Both the position numbers and the translations under genes were made by a program. Under the pieces are notes generated by a model. It ran no database searches. It was given only the letters and a program-made list of their open reading frames with translations, and was not told the origin of the DNA. DNA of 64,000 nucleotides, taken from NCBI GenBank assembly GCA_026936335.1, contig JAPMXV010000046.1:310001-374000 (forward strand). The letters are read 5' to 3'. Shown here in pieces: positions 42,000 through 54,788 of this stretch. Origin of the DNA: Mantamonas sphyraenae STR306. Its lineage: Eukaryota; Protista; CRuMs. Position 1 is the first letter of the stretch; every line of letters starts with the position of its first letter.

Positions 42000-43611
42000 A
42001 TGCCCTGGAAACACCCGGAAATCGTTGCGGCTGTCGTTGGCACCCTGGCCACGGTGTACTCCATTGTGGCTGCAGTGTACATCACCACGCCAGGACCCTT
42101 CTTGTTTGTCTCTGACACAAGCACCGTGTTGTGGATGACCCTGGTGACTCTGTTCCTGTGCATCCAGCTCTTCCACGTCTCTCGCAAGCGTCTGCGAGAC
42201 GTGGAACGCAGGTTCTACCTACAATTGGCCTACCATGCGGTCCTGGCCGTCGTCGTCCTGCTCATCCTGGTCATGTACGCCATTGGCGAACGTCCTGATG
42301 TTTGGATTTGGAACCTTGTTCATTGTCTCCTCCTCGTCCTCACCATCACCGTGCTCTGGCGTCGCCATGCCAAGCTCAGCCCCTACGACGATGGAGAAGA
42401 CACGGCGATGTCCCGTCTCACCGGCGACGATGAGAAAACCGGCGCCGTGGGAATCTACTTTTTGCCGGAGCGTGTTGTCCCGGACGACGCGGACCGCGAG
42501 CGCAAGTGCTGCGCCTGCCTCACCTGCTGGAATGTCACCAACCAGGTGATTCTCCTCATCTTTGCCATTCTGTTGCTGGTGGGTGCCTTCAACCTGGGCT
42601 TGGGTAGCCTGCAGTACCCGCCGCGCGGGAAAATGGTGCACGTCACACCCACAGGCAGCTCGACCCCACTCAAAATCCATTACCTGTGTGAGGGACCCAA
42701 GAACGCAAGTGCGCCTGTGTTGTGGGCTGAATCCAGTGGCTCGCACGGCATGGCCGACTTTTGGCCCCTGCAGCAGGAGATGGTCAAACGAGGCCGGCGA
42801 ATGTGTGTCTTTGACAAGCCAGGATTGGGATGGAGTGACATGTACCTGGTGAGCATGGACAGTGATCCCATGACGTTTTACAAGGCATTCCTCGATGCTA
42901 CGGGCGAGGGTAGCTCGGCGTTGATGATCGGCTGGGGTGGAGGCGCCATGACCCAGTACGAGTACTGTGTCACCAAGGCCACGCCGGGCCAGTGCAAGGG
43001 CTTTGTCTTTCTCGAGGTGTTCCCCAACAATGTGGAGTACAAGGTGCCGGCCAAAGAGGGACAACATGGACCAGGTCGCCATCAACCAGTTCAAACGTGC
43101 GGACATCCAGAGCCGAGACACCCTGTTTGGTCTCCTGCGTGGCTTGGCTGTGCCCTGGGGCATTGTCGGTGCGTTTCTGGGTCCCAACGACAAGTATGCG
43201 TTGAAGGAACGCGCCGCTGAATACCGCTGGTTTGACACCACATGGAAGACATGGACCACGCAGTACTTTGCCCTCCAACGGAATGCACAGACCACAGTGG
43301 TTTTGGGCAACGTGGAGGAACCGTTCAATGCCACGGTGCCTGCGTGGATGCAGGGCACCCAGCTGCTGATGCTCAATGCCAACCGCACAAAGGCCGACTT
43401 GTGCAAGGGCCGCAACATCCCCACAAGCGACACCAAGCGCTGTGACGACGCCTTTGCCACACAGGCCATCTACAAGGAGCTGCAGCTGCAGCTGCGTAAC
43501 ATCACAGGCAACGGCGTCGTCGAGAGCTGCACCGAATACGATTGCGAGCTCAACATGGCCTACACGAAGCCCAAGTGGATTGCCGACCAAATCGTCAAGC
43601 ACTTCCCCTAA
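42000..43611 (+). CDS. Multi-TM protein with an alpha/beta-hydrolase fold lacking the nucleophile; apparent frameshift ~43055
   Basis: Five hydrophobic helices, then YPPRGKMV..IHYLCEG..PVLWAESS..RMCVFDKPGLGWSD..MIGWGGG..GFVFLE; continues in the frame of ORF 42967-43611. Confidence 0.75.
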
Positions 43612-43681
43612 CAACCACCACGCAACACAACACAACCACCAGGTTTTTTTTTGTCCATTGAGTGTGTCCAACCCCCACCAA

Positions 43682-46600
43682 TCATCCCAATCGCTTCACA
43701 AACAGTCCTCGGGCTTCGTGTGCGTTTGTCGTTTTGCGGGACAAGTCGTCTCCGTGAGGGAACATGTCCTCTGTGGCCAGAGTGGCATTCTCAATGTGCA
43801 GTACCACCACGTACGTGTTGCGAGCCTCCTTGCGGGCCTTGCTGATTTCCGAGCTTGCCTGACGTGCGGTGTATGTGCGTCGACGCAGCAGGTCAAGGCT
43901 GTGCAATGTATCACCAGTGTGCCGTTCCAGCTTCACTGTCAATCTGACCATGCCCAGCTGCGACAGTAGGTCCAACGTGGTGCCGTACCGTGCTTGCATG
44001 CCTAGGAATGTCAGCAGTGATTGCGGGCTCGCCTGCATGTTCTCCTTGGTCGCAGTCACCACAGACGTCACCGATCGCCCAATGATCTCCTCCTGCATGC
44101 CCATCGCCCCACTTCCACTGTCCATGCTGTGCAATCGTCGCTGGATCGCCGTCGACCGCATCCCCGACTGCCTTGCCGGCGACAAAGCTGGCATCGAACG
44201 CATCGCCATCATCTCCGCTGCGCTCGACCGCCGTCGCCGGTGCCCACGTGAGCCATCACCATTGTCGTTTGTGCTGCTGCTGCTGCTGCTGCTGCTACTG
44301 CTGTTTCCGGCTGCTGCCAGTGTGCCACTCTCCCCGTTCGACGGCTCCAGACACAGTCGGCTGGGCCCTTGCTTGTCGCTGGATGACATCAGCGGTTTGG
44401 GTGACCCGTGCATATCTTCGTCGTCCATGCTGTCTTCGTCCAGCATCAGATGGGTGCCCATGAGCAATTCTACAGCTTCGCGTGTGATCTGCAACACAAC
44501 GCCGTCCATGTCAAAGACAATCAGGGGCCGTGCGGGCAACTTGACGCCGTACAGACCCTCCGAAAGCAACGCCATGCTCACCACTTGCTTTTCCAGCTGT
44601 TGGATGGGGCTCAGGTCGTGTACAACACACAGGTACAGCTTCTTGGCCAGCGACGAGTGCAACCGCACCTCGCTGATGCTCAACTGGATCGGAAACGTGC
44701 TGCGGTCCTTGCGCACGCCCGTATGGTCAAATGTGTTTCCGATTTCCGATGCATAAGGTTGCCATCCTGTGCTGTCCTTTCCACTCGAGCTCCTGCTTGC
44801 CGTAGTGCCCCTCCGCCTCCGTTGGCGCCCTCCTCGCTGCCTGTGTGTGTGTGCGAAGGTGATGACGAGTTGGACGGCGTACGACGTGACAGAGGGCCGT
44901 TGCTGTAGTTGTTGTTGCTGTTGCCACTGCCGCTCGACGGGTTCAGCGGTTGGAAAAAGCTGCTGAACGGCTTGCCGACCAGCTCTGTGCCCATCATGTA
45001 TCCAAACATCTGTGCGCCTGGATGGTTCACTTGGTCCACTACGCCGCGCTCGTTGATGACCATGACGCCGTCTGTCACGGTGGCCAGCAGCACTTCAAGC
45101 GACGCGTTGCTGTCCGCCGTGAAACCCAGGTTGCCAATGTCCGTGATGGACACCTGCACCATCTGCGACGACGGGATGCGCCGCAACGCAACCTCGCTCT
45201 CAAACAGCTCGTCGTCAAAGCGCATAAACGTCCACTGGAAGCGCCTGTCGATGCCGTTGTTCATGACTCGCCTCACGTTGCGCAGTCCTGCATCCCGCGA
45301 CATCGAACCGTTCTTCTGCTTCAGCGGTGCAAGTTCAAACAGGCGGTGCCTGCAGAACATGTCACGTGTGGTGCCTGCAAACAGACGCAGGCACGCTGCG
45401 TTTGCGTCGATCAGATTGCCCAGCTGGTCCACAATGGCCAGTCCTTCCGACACCGACGCGTACATCCCTCGGAAGCGCGACGCAATCGGGTCGTTCTCCA
45501 CCGACTTTTGATAGTACTGTTCAGCCAGCTCTGTGGTTTCGTCTGTTTTCAGCACAAAGTGTGCCATGTAGCCCAGGTTGTCCGTGTGGTTCGGATCCTG
45601 ATTGAACGCAAGTTCAAAGTAGCGTCCGGCCTGCTCTACATCGTTGTGTTTGGTGAACAGAAAGTGTGCAAACGCACCATTGTTGGTAGGGTGCAACGGC
45701 TCCGCAGCCAGAGCACGCAGATAGAAGCGTTCTGCGGCCTGATCGTCCTCTTCCAGCTCCTTGAATCGAGCAAACTGACCCAGCCGCGTCGCACTGCGCA
45801 GTAACCTCTCCAGACCCAACCTGTGTGTGTTGTACGAACTCAGGTCGATGCTCAGCGGGGCCGTCACGCGTTGTAGCAAGATCAGCGCTGTGGGAGGGTG
45901 TGTTGTCTCCACGCGCATCAGAAAGCCCAACATCCCCACGGGCATCAAGGCGCACACAAACACAATGCTCAGAGCCTCACCCAGGGCCTCCACGTCTGTG
46001 CCAGTGCCCTCCGTCACTGTGAGAGCAAACCAAAACAGGGTCACCAGCATCGCATCCAGTAGCAATCCACGTCGCTGAAAGGGGACGGTGTCAGCGTGCA
46101 AGGCAATAAGCGCGGGAGAGAGAGAGAGAGAGAAAGATGCACAGACACCAAAAACTCACCAAATCACCAATCCAGGTGACGTAGTACGGGTTATTGACCA
46201 CAAGAAAGAGAAGGAGAAACAAGACAACGAGCGCGTGCACAACGGGCTCCACGCCAGAATTGCTTCCGGTAAACACATAGGCCAGGGTGACTGCAGTGCG
46301 CGCCAACACGAGACAAAAGTCAAACAGTCCGTCGGTGCGTCGCAGGATGTGGCCGGCATACTTGTCGACTTCGAAGTAGTTGAGTGAGACAAAGAGCGAC
46401 AGGAAGAAAAACATGGTGGCCACAAGCAAGGAGAAGGCATAGGACACGCTTGAAAGCGGGTCCTCCAGGTCGAGTGGAGGTGTGATGAGCACTCGTAGAC
46501 TCGGAATGTACCCAAAGGAGATTGTAAACGCCATAAAGGCGCCAAACGAGGCGGAAATCAGTGGTGGCGGCTCCTTGTTGTGTTTCAGCGCCACGTAGAA

Positions 46601-47689
46601 GAGCACCAGCCCAACAATGGCCGTGGACACCCAAATGAGCACGGGAACAAGCATTGTCTGTGCCAAACTGTCATTGAACAGCATGAGGTCGAGAAACATA
46701 CGCAAACCCTGTGTCCACTCTGTGCGAGGGAGGATGGAACTCAACGGCACGTTGATCCACTCTGTGATGGTCACCAATCCCCAAAAAGACGCGCATCCAC
46801 GTCGTACATACGCATACACGTGTGCGTTCCACCGTGTGAGCATCCGTGTGAGCATCCACGCACAGAAATAAGCGGACTTTTCTACCCTGACCCTCGGCTT
46901 CTCTGGTGGCAACCCTCCCGCTGCCCAAGCGCGACCGGGTGTGGAACCCAGGGCACACCCACTGTGTTCACACGCGCCCATTGCGCGCGTGGCTCACATG
47001 GACGATTGGTACGGTGGACATCGGACCTCGGAGAGAACTTTTATCCTGAGAGCGAGGAGAGATGCGCGGAGAATATCCATGCCGTCGGACGACGTTCCGA
47101 AATGCGGAAACACGGGTCATGCAGTGCATGCAAGGGCCGAGAGAGCGGCAGTGGATAGGATGTGATGGGGCACACACGAGGGTGTGTGGTGTTGAGAGGA
47201 AGGCGTGACACGGGCAGGACGTACGAAGGAAATCAAAGAAGAGCCACAGAAATGGAAAGACCTTGACTTGGAGCAGATACAGAAACTCATTGGAGGCCTT
47301 GGTGTGATCCACAATGACCAAGAGGGCGCCGTAGAGTGCCCGATCGATGTACTTGATTCCAGAAACTGCGAGGGGGGGGGGGGGGGCGGGGGGTTGTGAG
47401 CTGACGCCCACAATGGTTGATGTCAAGCCGTGTGGGCTGGGCACAGAAGAACAAAGGGCATGAACGCACTGGTGGTGCCTGTACGGTCTGTGCTAATGCC
47501 GCTCACAGACGTGGTCATCTTGTCGCTGGTGCGAGAGAGGGCACGCACACGGATCTCCGTTGTGAGGGAGCTGTTGCTGTGGCTCGAACGCAAGGAGCCG
47601 ACGGACGCCGTCGCCTTGACCCCACCGTCCTCTTCATCCGAACTATCCTGTGTGTATGTGCCACGCTTGACCTTGGGTGGTCTTCGCAT
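43682..47689 (-). CDS. TmcB/TmcC-like multi-TM + TPR + PAS-domain sensor protein; apparent frameshifts ~47457 and ~44810
   Basis: Exons 47689-47225, 46761-46160, 46074-43682; FFDFLQW and further TM segments; TPR AERFYLRALAAEP..GAFAHFL; PAS DGVMVINERGVVDQVNHPGAQMFGY...GVRKDRSTFPIQLSISE. Confidence 0.72.
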
Positions 47690-47944
47690 GAGCTTCCAAT
47701 CGCGTGCACTGTGTGCAGTGGGGAAAACGAGGGGGGTTGTTTTGGCCCAGCTGACGAGGGCCATGCATACCCCACAAGGGAAGTGATGGAAGGGAGAATG
47801 TTGGCTGGGTTGAGTGGACCTTTCTTTCCCTCTCTCAAGTCTCAATGTGCAATGCGCGAGGCGGGGCAAGGAGAGCGAGGGCAGTGGAAACCAGCTTTTT
47901 GGCAACTCACCCCCCCCCCCCCTGAACTCCACCTCGCTGTGTGC

Positions 47945-49317
47945 ATGGGCTGCAATTCGTCATCCAACAGCAAGTACATTGAGAGCGCACAGACAAACAC
48001 CGACAGCGTGGAACACAAGCCCCAACACGACGACGAACACGACCACGACAAGGCCATGACCTGCCTGTACGACGATTCCGACGCTGTCGAGGGCATCCTG
48101 TGCATGAGCATGCTCTCCACCACTGTGGGCACCTGTGCAAATGCAAACGACACCTTCCGCAGCTCCATGCAGGTGAGTACCTGCACGCATACGCCCGTTC
48201 CCCCCCTGCCTTTGACTACACACGGGCAGCCTGAGACCTCGACGGAACATTCCCCACGGTTGCACTTGTCCCACCGCACTGCGTCCCATTGGGAGCACCC
48301 CATGACGCCAGAACATCCCATGCACACGTACAACTGGCTATCATGCACAAATGGAGCAGGCATGGAGGCACACGGAGGCAGCGACACTCACACCCCCTCA
48401 CCTGCACCCACGAACACCATACACAGGACGCAATGACCTATAAAGAGGGCGACCGCGAGTGCTACTATTGTGTGTGCGATGGCCACGGCGGAGATTCCGC
48501 GGCTGCCACAGCCGTGGCGTACTTTGATGAGGTGAGTGAAACGACACTGGGCAAAAAAGAGTGTCACACACATTCGTGTGACAAATCAGCGCCGTGGGAG
48601 CCTCGCCTGCTGTGGAGAGATCCTTGCCCATTGCCAGTGCGTAGCTTTGTGTGTGTGTGCTGACACTGTGTGGTGCAGAATTTCCCCAAGCTTCTGAGCA
48701 ACCGCAGGAAGCAGGGGCTGCGCTACGAAGAGGTGCTACGCTCGTTTTTCGCAGACTGCGACGCACACATGGCAGAAAAGGGCATGGAATACGAGGGATG
48801 CACATGTACCATTGTCTTGTTTGCAGACGTGGGCGGGGTGCTCACCATGTTTGTGGCCAACGTCGGGGACAGCGGCTGCGCAGTGGGCCAGGGTGGCGTC
48901 TCCACCATTGTCACAGACACACACAACACAGGCAACAAAGAGGAAATGCTGCGTGTCAGCGACGCAGGTGGGTTTGTGGCACGTGGTCGTGTCAATGGCG
49001 TGTTTAGCATCACGCGAGCGCTGGGCAACCACTGCCTCAAGGAGGTGATCCCTTCCGAGCCGTACATCCGCTCGTTCACCCTCAGCAACGCCCACGAGTA
49101 CGTATGCGTGGCCTCCGACGGTCTGTGGGACACAGTCAAGCCGCACGAGGTCGGTGTGGCGCTCAAGGAGAGCTCCAGCGTACAGAGTGCGGTGGAGGCC
49201 CTCGTCGACCGGGCGCTGGAAAACTCACGGGACAACATTGCCGTCATTCTCATCAAGCTGGGCTTTGGCGATGACACACAATCACCCAAAGAGAGCAAAG
49301 AGAGCACAGAGGCATGA
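47945..49317 (+). CDS. PP2C/PPM protein phosphatase, copy 2 (N-terminal MGCNSS, possibly acylated)
   Basis: Exons 47945-48172, 48427-48531, 48679-49317; same intron positions and motifs as copy 1. Confidence 0.88.
48757..49271. repeat. 515-bp near-identical inverted duplicate of 30286-30800
   Basis: Direct sequence comparison of the PP2C third exons. Confidence 0.9.
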
Positions 49318-49434
49318 GGGAGTGGGGTCGGGCATCAGGACATCGTTGCGTCCCGTCGACATCTCACAGTCATAACTTCAGTAATTAAGCACACTACGAA
49401 CCATCATTCCTGCTTGTATTGTGCAACGTTTGCA

Positions 49435-50298
49435 TCAAGAATCCAAAGCATGCTGGATCTCCTCGGCAAACTCTTGCAGGGCAGGACGCTGGGTGATGTT
49501 TGCTTGCCAGCCGCGTGTGATGACATCCTGCACTCCAGGAGGTAGGTTAGAAGGCATGTCTGGTCGGCCGCCACTGAGCACACGCAGGGCGACGGCAATG
49601 CTGTTGAGACCGGGGAAAAGCGAGCGGTCGGTGAGGATCTCAAACATGACCATGGCCACGGCGTAGATGTCACTCTTGACACTGGGTGTGGCGCCGCTGA
49701 GCACTTCGGGTGCTGTCCAGCTCACCTTGCTGCATGCGGTCATGGTCTGGTTGTCAAGGCGGATGTCGCGGAAACCGGCATCGGAGATGACGACTGTGTT
49801 GCCATCATCACCCACCAGCAGGTTGGAGCTCTTGAAAGCACCGTGCACAATGCCCTTGTTGTGGAGGTACTGCATGCCCTGGACCATTTGCAGGCACATG
49901 CGAAGGCGTTTCTTCAGCGAGACGCTGTTCCTTTGCCTGCCCAGATACTCCGTCACGTTGCCATTTTCGTAGTACGGCTCCACCAGGAGCAGCTTGGGTG
50001 CGTTGAGGCTCACACCACACACCTGCAAGACATTCTCGTGATCCAGGTGCAGCATACGTGTGCCTTCGAACCGGAACGTGATCAGGTCCGTGTACTGCAT
50101 CATTTGCTTGTACGGCTTCTTGATGGCCACCGTGTCGCCCTTCCACTTGCCCAGCCACACTTCGCCAAACGTGCCAATGTCCTTGCGATAGTCAAACTGC
50201 ACATCGCGGCTGTGCACCACCCATCCGGGCTCAGGCAGAAGCAGCCTGCCCACAGCTGTGGTCTTGCTCGGGTTCACCGCGGCATTGCCACTGCTGCC

Positions 50299-50340
<42 letters not shown>

Positions 50341-53134
50341 CAACACATCAGACGCCTTTGCGGTGTCCGTGTTGTTCGCCTGTGTATGGCCCAGGTTGAG
50401 CATGGAGTACACTTCGACATTCTTGCCATTCTTCAGCTTGGCCATCACGGGCACGCTGTCACGGTTCACAGTGATGTCGTCCAGGTCGAGCATGGACTGG
50501 GTCATCTCCCACACGGGCGTGGTGATCAGGATGTCGCCTGCTGCGGCCAGTTTGCTCAACAGCGTCGAGTCGTCCACACAGTCGCCCGTGTACACCACAC
50601 GCTCCGTGCTCTGCTCCAACACACTCTCCACGGGGCCCGAGTGCATGGTGACGGCCAGCGGGAAGGCGCGCACGTCGCTTCCTGCCTCCAGACGTGGCGA
50701 GTGGGCAAGGTCGAGCAGCTCCTCGGGCCAGTCGCGCGAGTTCATCGTGCGTCGCACCATGCTCACAAACTTCCAGGCGTCGCGTGCACGCTCAAACGCA
50801 AACTTGAAGTGTTGGGCGTCGGTGTCGATGAGGTAGGGCAGGTTGTCCATGTCCGTGACGGATTGGAACACCACTTCGTTCAGCGTCTGCACGGTCTTTT
50901 GGAACACCACCGGCTGCTGGTCCCAGTGGTTGTTGCTGTTGGGGATCTCCATGTCCACAAACACCACACTGGACGACGTAGGCGCACCTGCCGTCGCTCC
51001 CTCCATGCCATCGCCCGACTTGACGTTGCGCGGCGCCTTCAGGTTGCCCAGTCGCTCCACAATCTCCTTGAACGAGGGTCGTTCCGCGGGATCCTCCGCC
51101 CAGCAGTCACGGATGAGTGCCGCCAGGTCTTCGGGGCAGTACGAGGGAATCTGCGGGCGCAGGCCCTCGTCCATGACCTTGAGCGCTGCGGTGGTGGAGT
51201 CCATGTTGCGGTAGGGCACGTCACGTGTGACCAGTTCCACCAGGGTGACGGCAAACGAGTAGACGTCTGCCTTTGCGGTGTACTCTGCGCCACGCAACAC
51301 CTCGGGGGCACTCCAGAACAGCGACCCGATGGCCTTTTCGCTGTCGTCGCTGGCATTGTCCTTCTGGTGCTGTCCACGCCCACCCTTTTGTGCGTCGTAT
51401 TCGTTGGTGGCACTGTGTTCGTGGTACTTGCTCAGACCAAAGTCGGCCACCTTGACATTCCACTTGGAGTCCACCAGCAGATTGCCCGACTTGAAATCAT
51501 GATGCAGGATGTTGGACGCATGCAGAAACTGCATGCCACGCGCAGCATCCATGGCAATGCTGTAGCGCTTGTCCCAGTCCAACACCACGTCGTGGTTGCT
51601 CAGCAGGTCAAACAGCGAGCCGCGCGGCATAAACTCGGCCACAATGCACACGTGGTCGTTGTCCAGATCCAGACAGGCTCCCATGAACAACACCACGTTG
51701 GGATGTCGCAGTTCAAACATGACCGAGGCCTCGCTCTTGAATTCCTCAATGATTTCCGGTGTAAAGTCGTCCGTGAGCAGCTTCTTGATGGCCACCTGCG
51801 TGCCTCGCCACTCGCCCTTGAACACCTCGCCAAACGCGCCTGCCCCGAGTCGGTTGCCAAACTCCAGCTCGTCCCAGTCAATCATAAACAGGTTCTGCTG
51901 GTACACCGTCTTTTTGCGCTTGTACATCGTGTACCCCACCGCAAGCGCAATCACAAACGCTGCTGCCGAGCACCCGATGATGGTCCACAGCAACGCCTCG
52001 TCCAGGGTGTCCACCGTCACCGTCGTTGGCTTCTTGGCTGTGTCGTATCGAATGAGTTTGCGTGTCCGTCGAATGGGTGTCAACAATATGAGCGGAGCGG
52101 CGGAAAACACGGAAGCTCAGCACACACACAAATCTGGTAAAAACGGCATGCGACACCCGCCAGCCCCACGTGGGCTCCCACACACGTGCAAGCGGCATGC
52201 ATGGGTGTGGATGGGACTCTCTTGTGTGCCGTGGAGGCGCAGGCAGCGGGGCAAAGAGCAAGGACATGGTGATGTGTGTGTGTGTGTGTGCGTGTGTGTG
52301 GAGGATGGTGTGCTCAACGTACCCACTGCCTTGACGCTGATGTATCGTGCGCGTGCGCAGCTGAGGCTGTAGAACTTGACGTGTGCAATGATGGTGTACT
52401 CGCCCGGAGAGAGGCGAAGTTCGACGGGGTAATGGCTTCCGTTGCCTCGGATCTCTGGGGTGGAGGTGATGAGCGGGCCAACCAGCGCGGGGTCGCAGAA
52501 GCCGACCTCCGTTTTGCAGGCGTGGATGTTCATGTGTTTGAAGTAGTCCGGGTCCGTGGCATTGAGACCCTCCGACACCTTGAGTGCCGCGTTGGCTGAG
52601 CAGTTCCAGCCTGTGCGAGCCGCTTCATCTGTGACACACACACTTGTCAGGAAATCTGCCGGGAAACGAACGAGGGACATGCGAGACACAACTCGCCCTC
52701 AATCTCGCTCACACGCCTCTTGACACTGCACTTACCCTCGTTCATCGACGAAGGGGGCTCTGGCCACCACACCAGCTCGAGTCCCGCTGGCGTAGGCACC
52801 GAATTGCCGTCTGTGGGGCACACGATAGCGGGTTAGCAAATCGGAATCGAGCCCAAGGCCGCCAGTTTCCGGCAGTTACACGGTTGAAAACGACCATCCC
52901 CATGGGAGATAGGTACTGTACGCTGTGTGTGTGTACATTTGACACACGCAGGAGTGCCAGCACATGGTCACGAGGCTCGCAGTGGCTGGATTTGGTGGTG
53001 GTGCTGTGTGTAGCCACCTGGTGCTCGGGGACAAAAAACTTACTCTGCCAACATTCGACGTCGTCGCCACCTTGATGATATGCAAACGCACTCAGTGCAA
53101 GGCACAGGAATGCAATCAACACAGTCCAGCGCAT
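49435..53134 (-). CDS. Receptor-like TKL kinase: signal peptide, ectodomain, TM, kinase, degenerate cyclase, pseudokinase
   Basis: Exons 53134-53044, 52810-52736, 52628-52323, 52037-49435; MRWTVLIAFLCLALSAFA; TM IIGCSAAAFVIALAVGY; GAGAFG/VAIK/HHDFKSGN/DFG/APE; cyclase-like linker; second kinase HGAFKSSN/DAG. Confidence 0.85.
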
Positions 53135-53279
53135 ATCAAGGTAGCAAGGGGCAGTGAGGAAGGGAAAAAAGGATTGAGATGGCCTGCGCGCTCCCGGCCC
53201 CAACTTCCCACTCCACCCAGCCTCAGGACACACACCACTGCTGTGGACACGACGACACTGCACAACCGTGCCCATCATC

Positions 53280-53738
53280 ATGTCCAAAAGGCCACGGGAT
53301 GACGATGACCTTCTGGGAGACCTGGGCGGGTCGTCCTCGTCGTCTTCCTCGTCGTCTTCCTCTGCCACGGCACCAGCACAGGAAACGCAGGAACAGGCGT
53401 CTTCTGGAGGAGGAGGAGGAGGAGGAGGAGGGATGGAGATGGCAGCAGCCAAGAGACAACGTGTGCATTCCTCCATTGCGTCGGTGGACAAGGTGCGGCC
53501 GCCGCTGGAAGTGGGGGACAAGGTTGCGCAGAAGGACGTGCTGGGACGCTGCAAAAGCGTGCATGCGTACAAATACGTGGATGAGATTGGCAAGGGCACG
53601 TATGGAGTTGTGTGTAAGTAACGGTGGGGGTTGGCACTGCGGTGAAGGCTACAGAAGGGAGAAAGGAAGGGAGCTGGAAACGGGGTTCACCCGCGCACAC
53701 TCTCCGTTCCACGCGGACGCTGACCCACACACCCGTTT

Positions 53739-53778
<40 letters not shown>

Positions 53779-54745
53779 CAAGGCAAAGGACAAAAACTCG
53801 AACGAGGTTGTGGCAATCAAGCGGATCAAAATCGACCAGCGGAAGGACGGGAAGGAGGGCTTTCCCGTGACTGCGTTGCGTGAGGTGAGGCTGCTGAAAC
53901 GATGTCAACATCCCAACATTGTGCGACTGCAGGACGTGGTGGTGGGTGACTCGTTGAACAGCATCTACCTTGTGTTTGAGTATTGCCATCAGGACCTGGG
54001 CTATGTGATTGATCACGTGCAGCACGCCTTCAACGAAGCCCAACGCAAACGCTTGCTTCTGCAACTTCTCTCTGCCCTGGAGTACCTCCACAGCCACAAC
54101 GTCGTCCACCGCGACATCAAACTCTCCAACCTGTTGTACAACGCCCAAGGCAAGCTGAAAGTGGCCGATTTCGGCCTCGCGCGGATGTTCCCAGACACTA
54201 TGGGGCACCGTGCACGTCCCATGACCCCAGAGGTGGTCACTCTGTGGTACCGTGCACCGGAGCTCCTCTTTGGGGCCAAAGAGTATACAGAGGCAGTGGA
54301 CATGTGGGCAGTGGGGTGCATTTTTGGCGAGTTGCTCCTGAACAAGCCTCTTCTGCCGGGCCACTCCCAACCCGAACAGCTCAATCTCATCTTTGACCTG
54401 TTGGGCACACCCAGCGAAGCCATTTGGCCGGGCTTTTCCACGCTGCCGGGCGCACGCTACGCGGATCTGGACAACACACGCCACAAGTACAATCTGCTGG
54501 GCATCAAGTTTCCCAAACTCAGCGCCGAGGGCTTGCGGCTCCTGGACGCCATGCTCAAGTACGATCCCAGGCAACGCATCACAGCACGTGAGGCCATGCA
54601 GCATGAGTACTTTCGCCAGGACCCTCTGCCTGCGCATGAATCGGAGATGCCAAGGTTGCACACTTCGTCCTCCTCCTCCTCCTCCTCTTCTTCCTCCTCT
54701 TCCTCCAAACGCTCGCAGCGCAAGCGAGGAAAGAGCAAGAGGTGA
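53280..54745 (+). CDS. CDK10: Cyclin-dependent kinase 10 (CDK10/11 family)
   Basis: Exons 53280-53613 and 53778-54745; GRCKSV, GKGTYGVV, FPVTALREV, VVVGDSLNSIYLVFEYC, PMTPEVVTLWYRAPELL. Confidence 0.85.
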
Positions 54746-54788
54746 CACGGGGTGGTGGGGGGTGGAACAGTGTTGATGAAAAAGTGTG

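Noticed and set aside
38706-43220. 1504-aa ORF as a transporter-hydrolase fusion
   Set aside because: Better explained as two genes joined by a missing base in the poly-Ser repeat at ~41893; the alternative frame ends naturally at 41953 and a new ATG follows at 42000.
46878-46895. ctaccctgaccct as a telomerase RNA template
   Set aside because: Not a clean 1.5-copy permutation of a telomeric repeat and no supporting structure identified.
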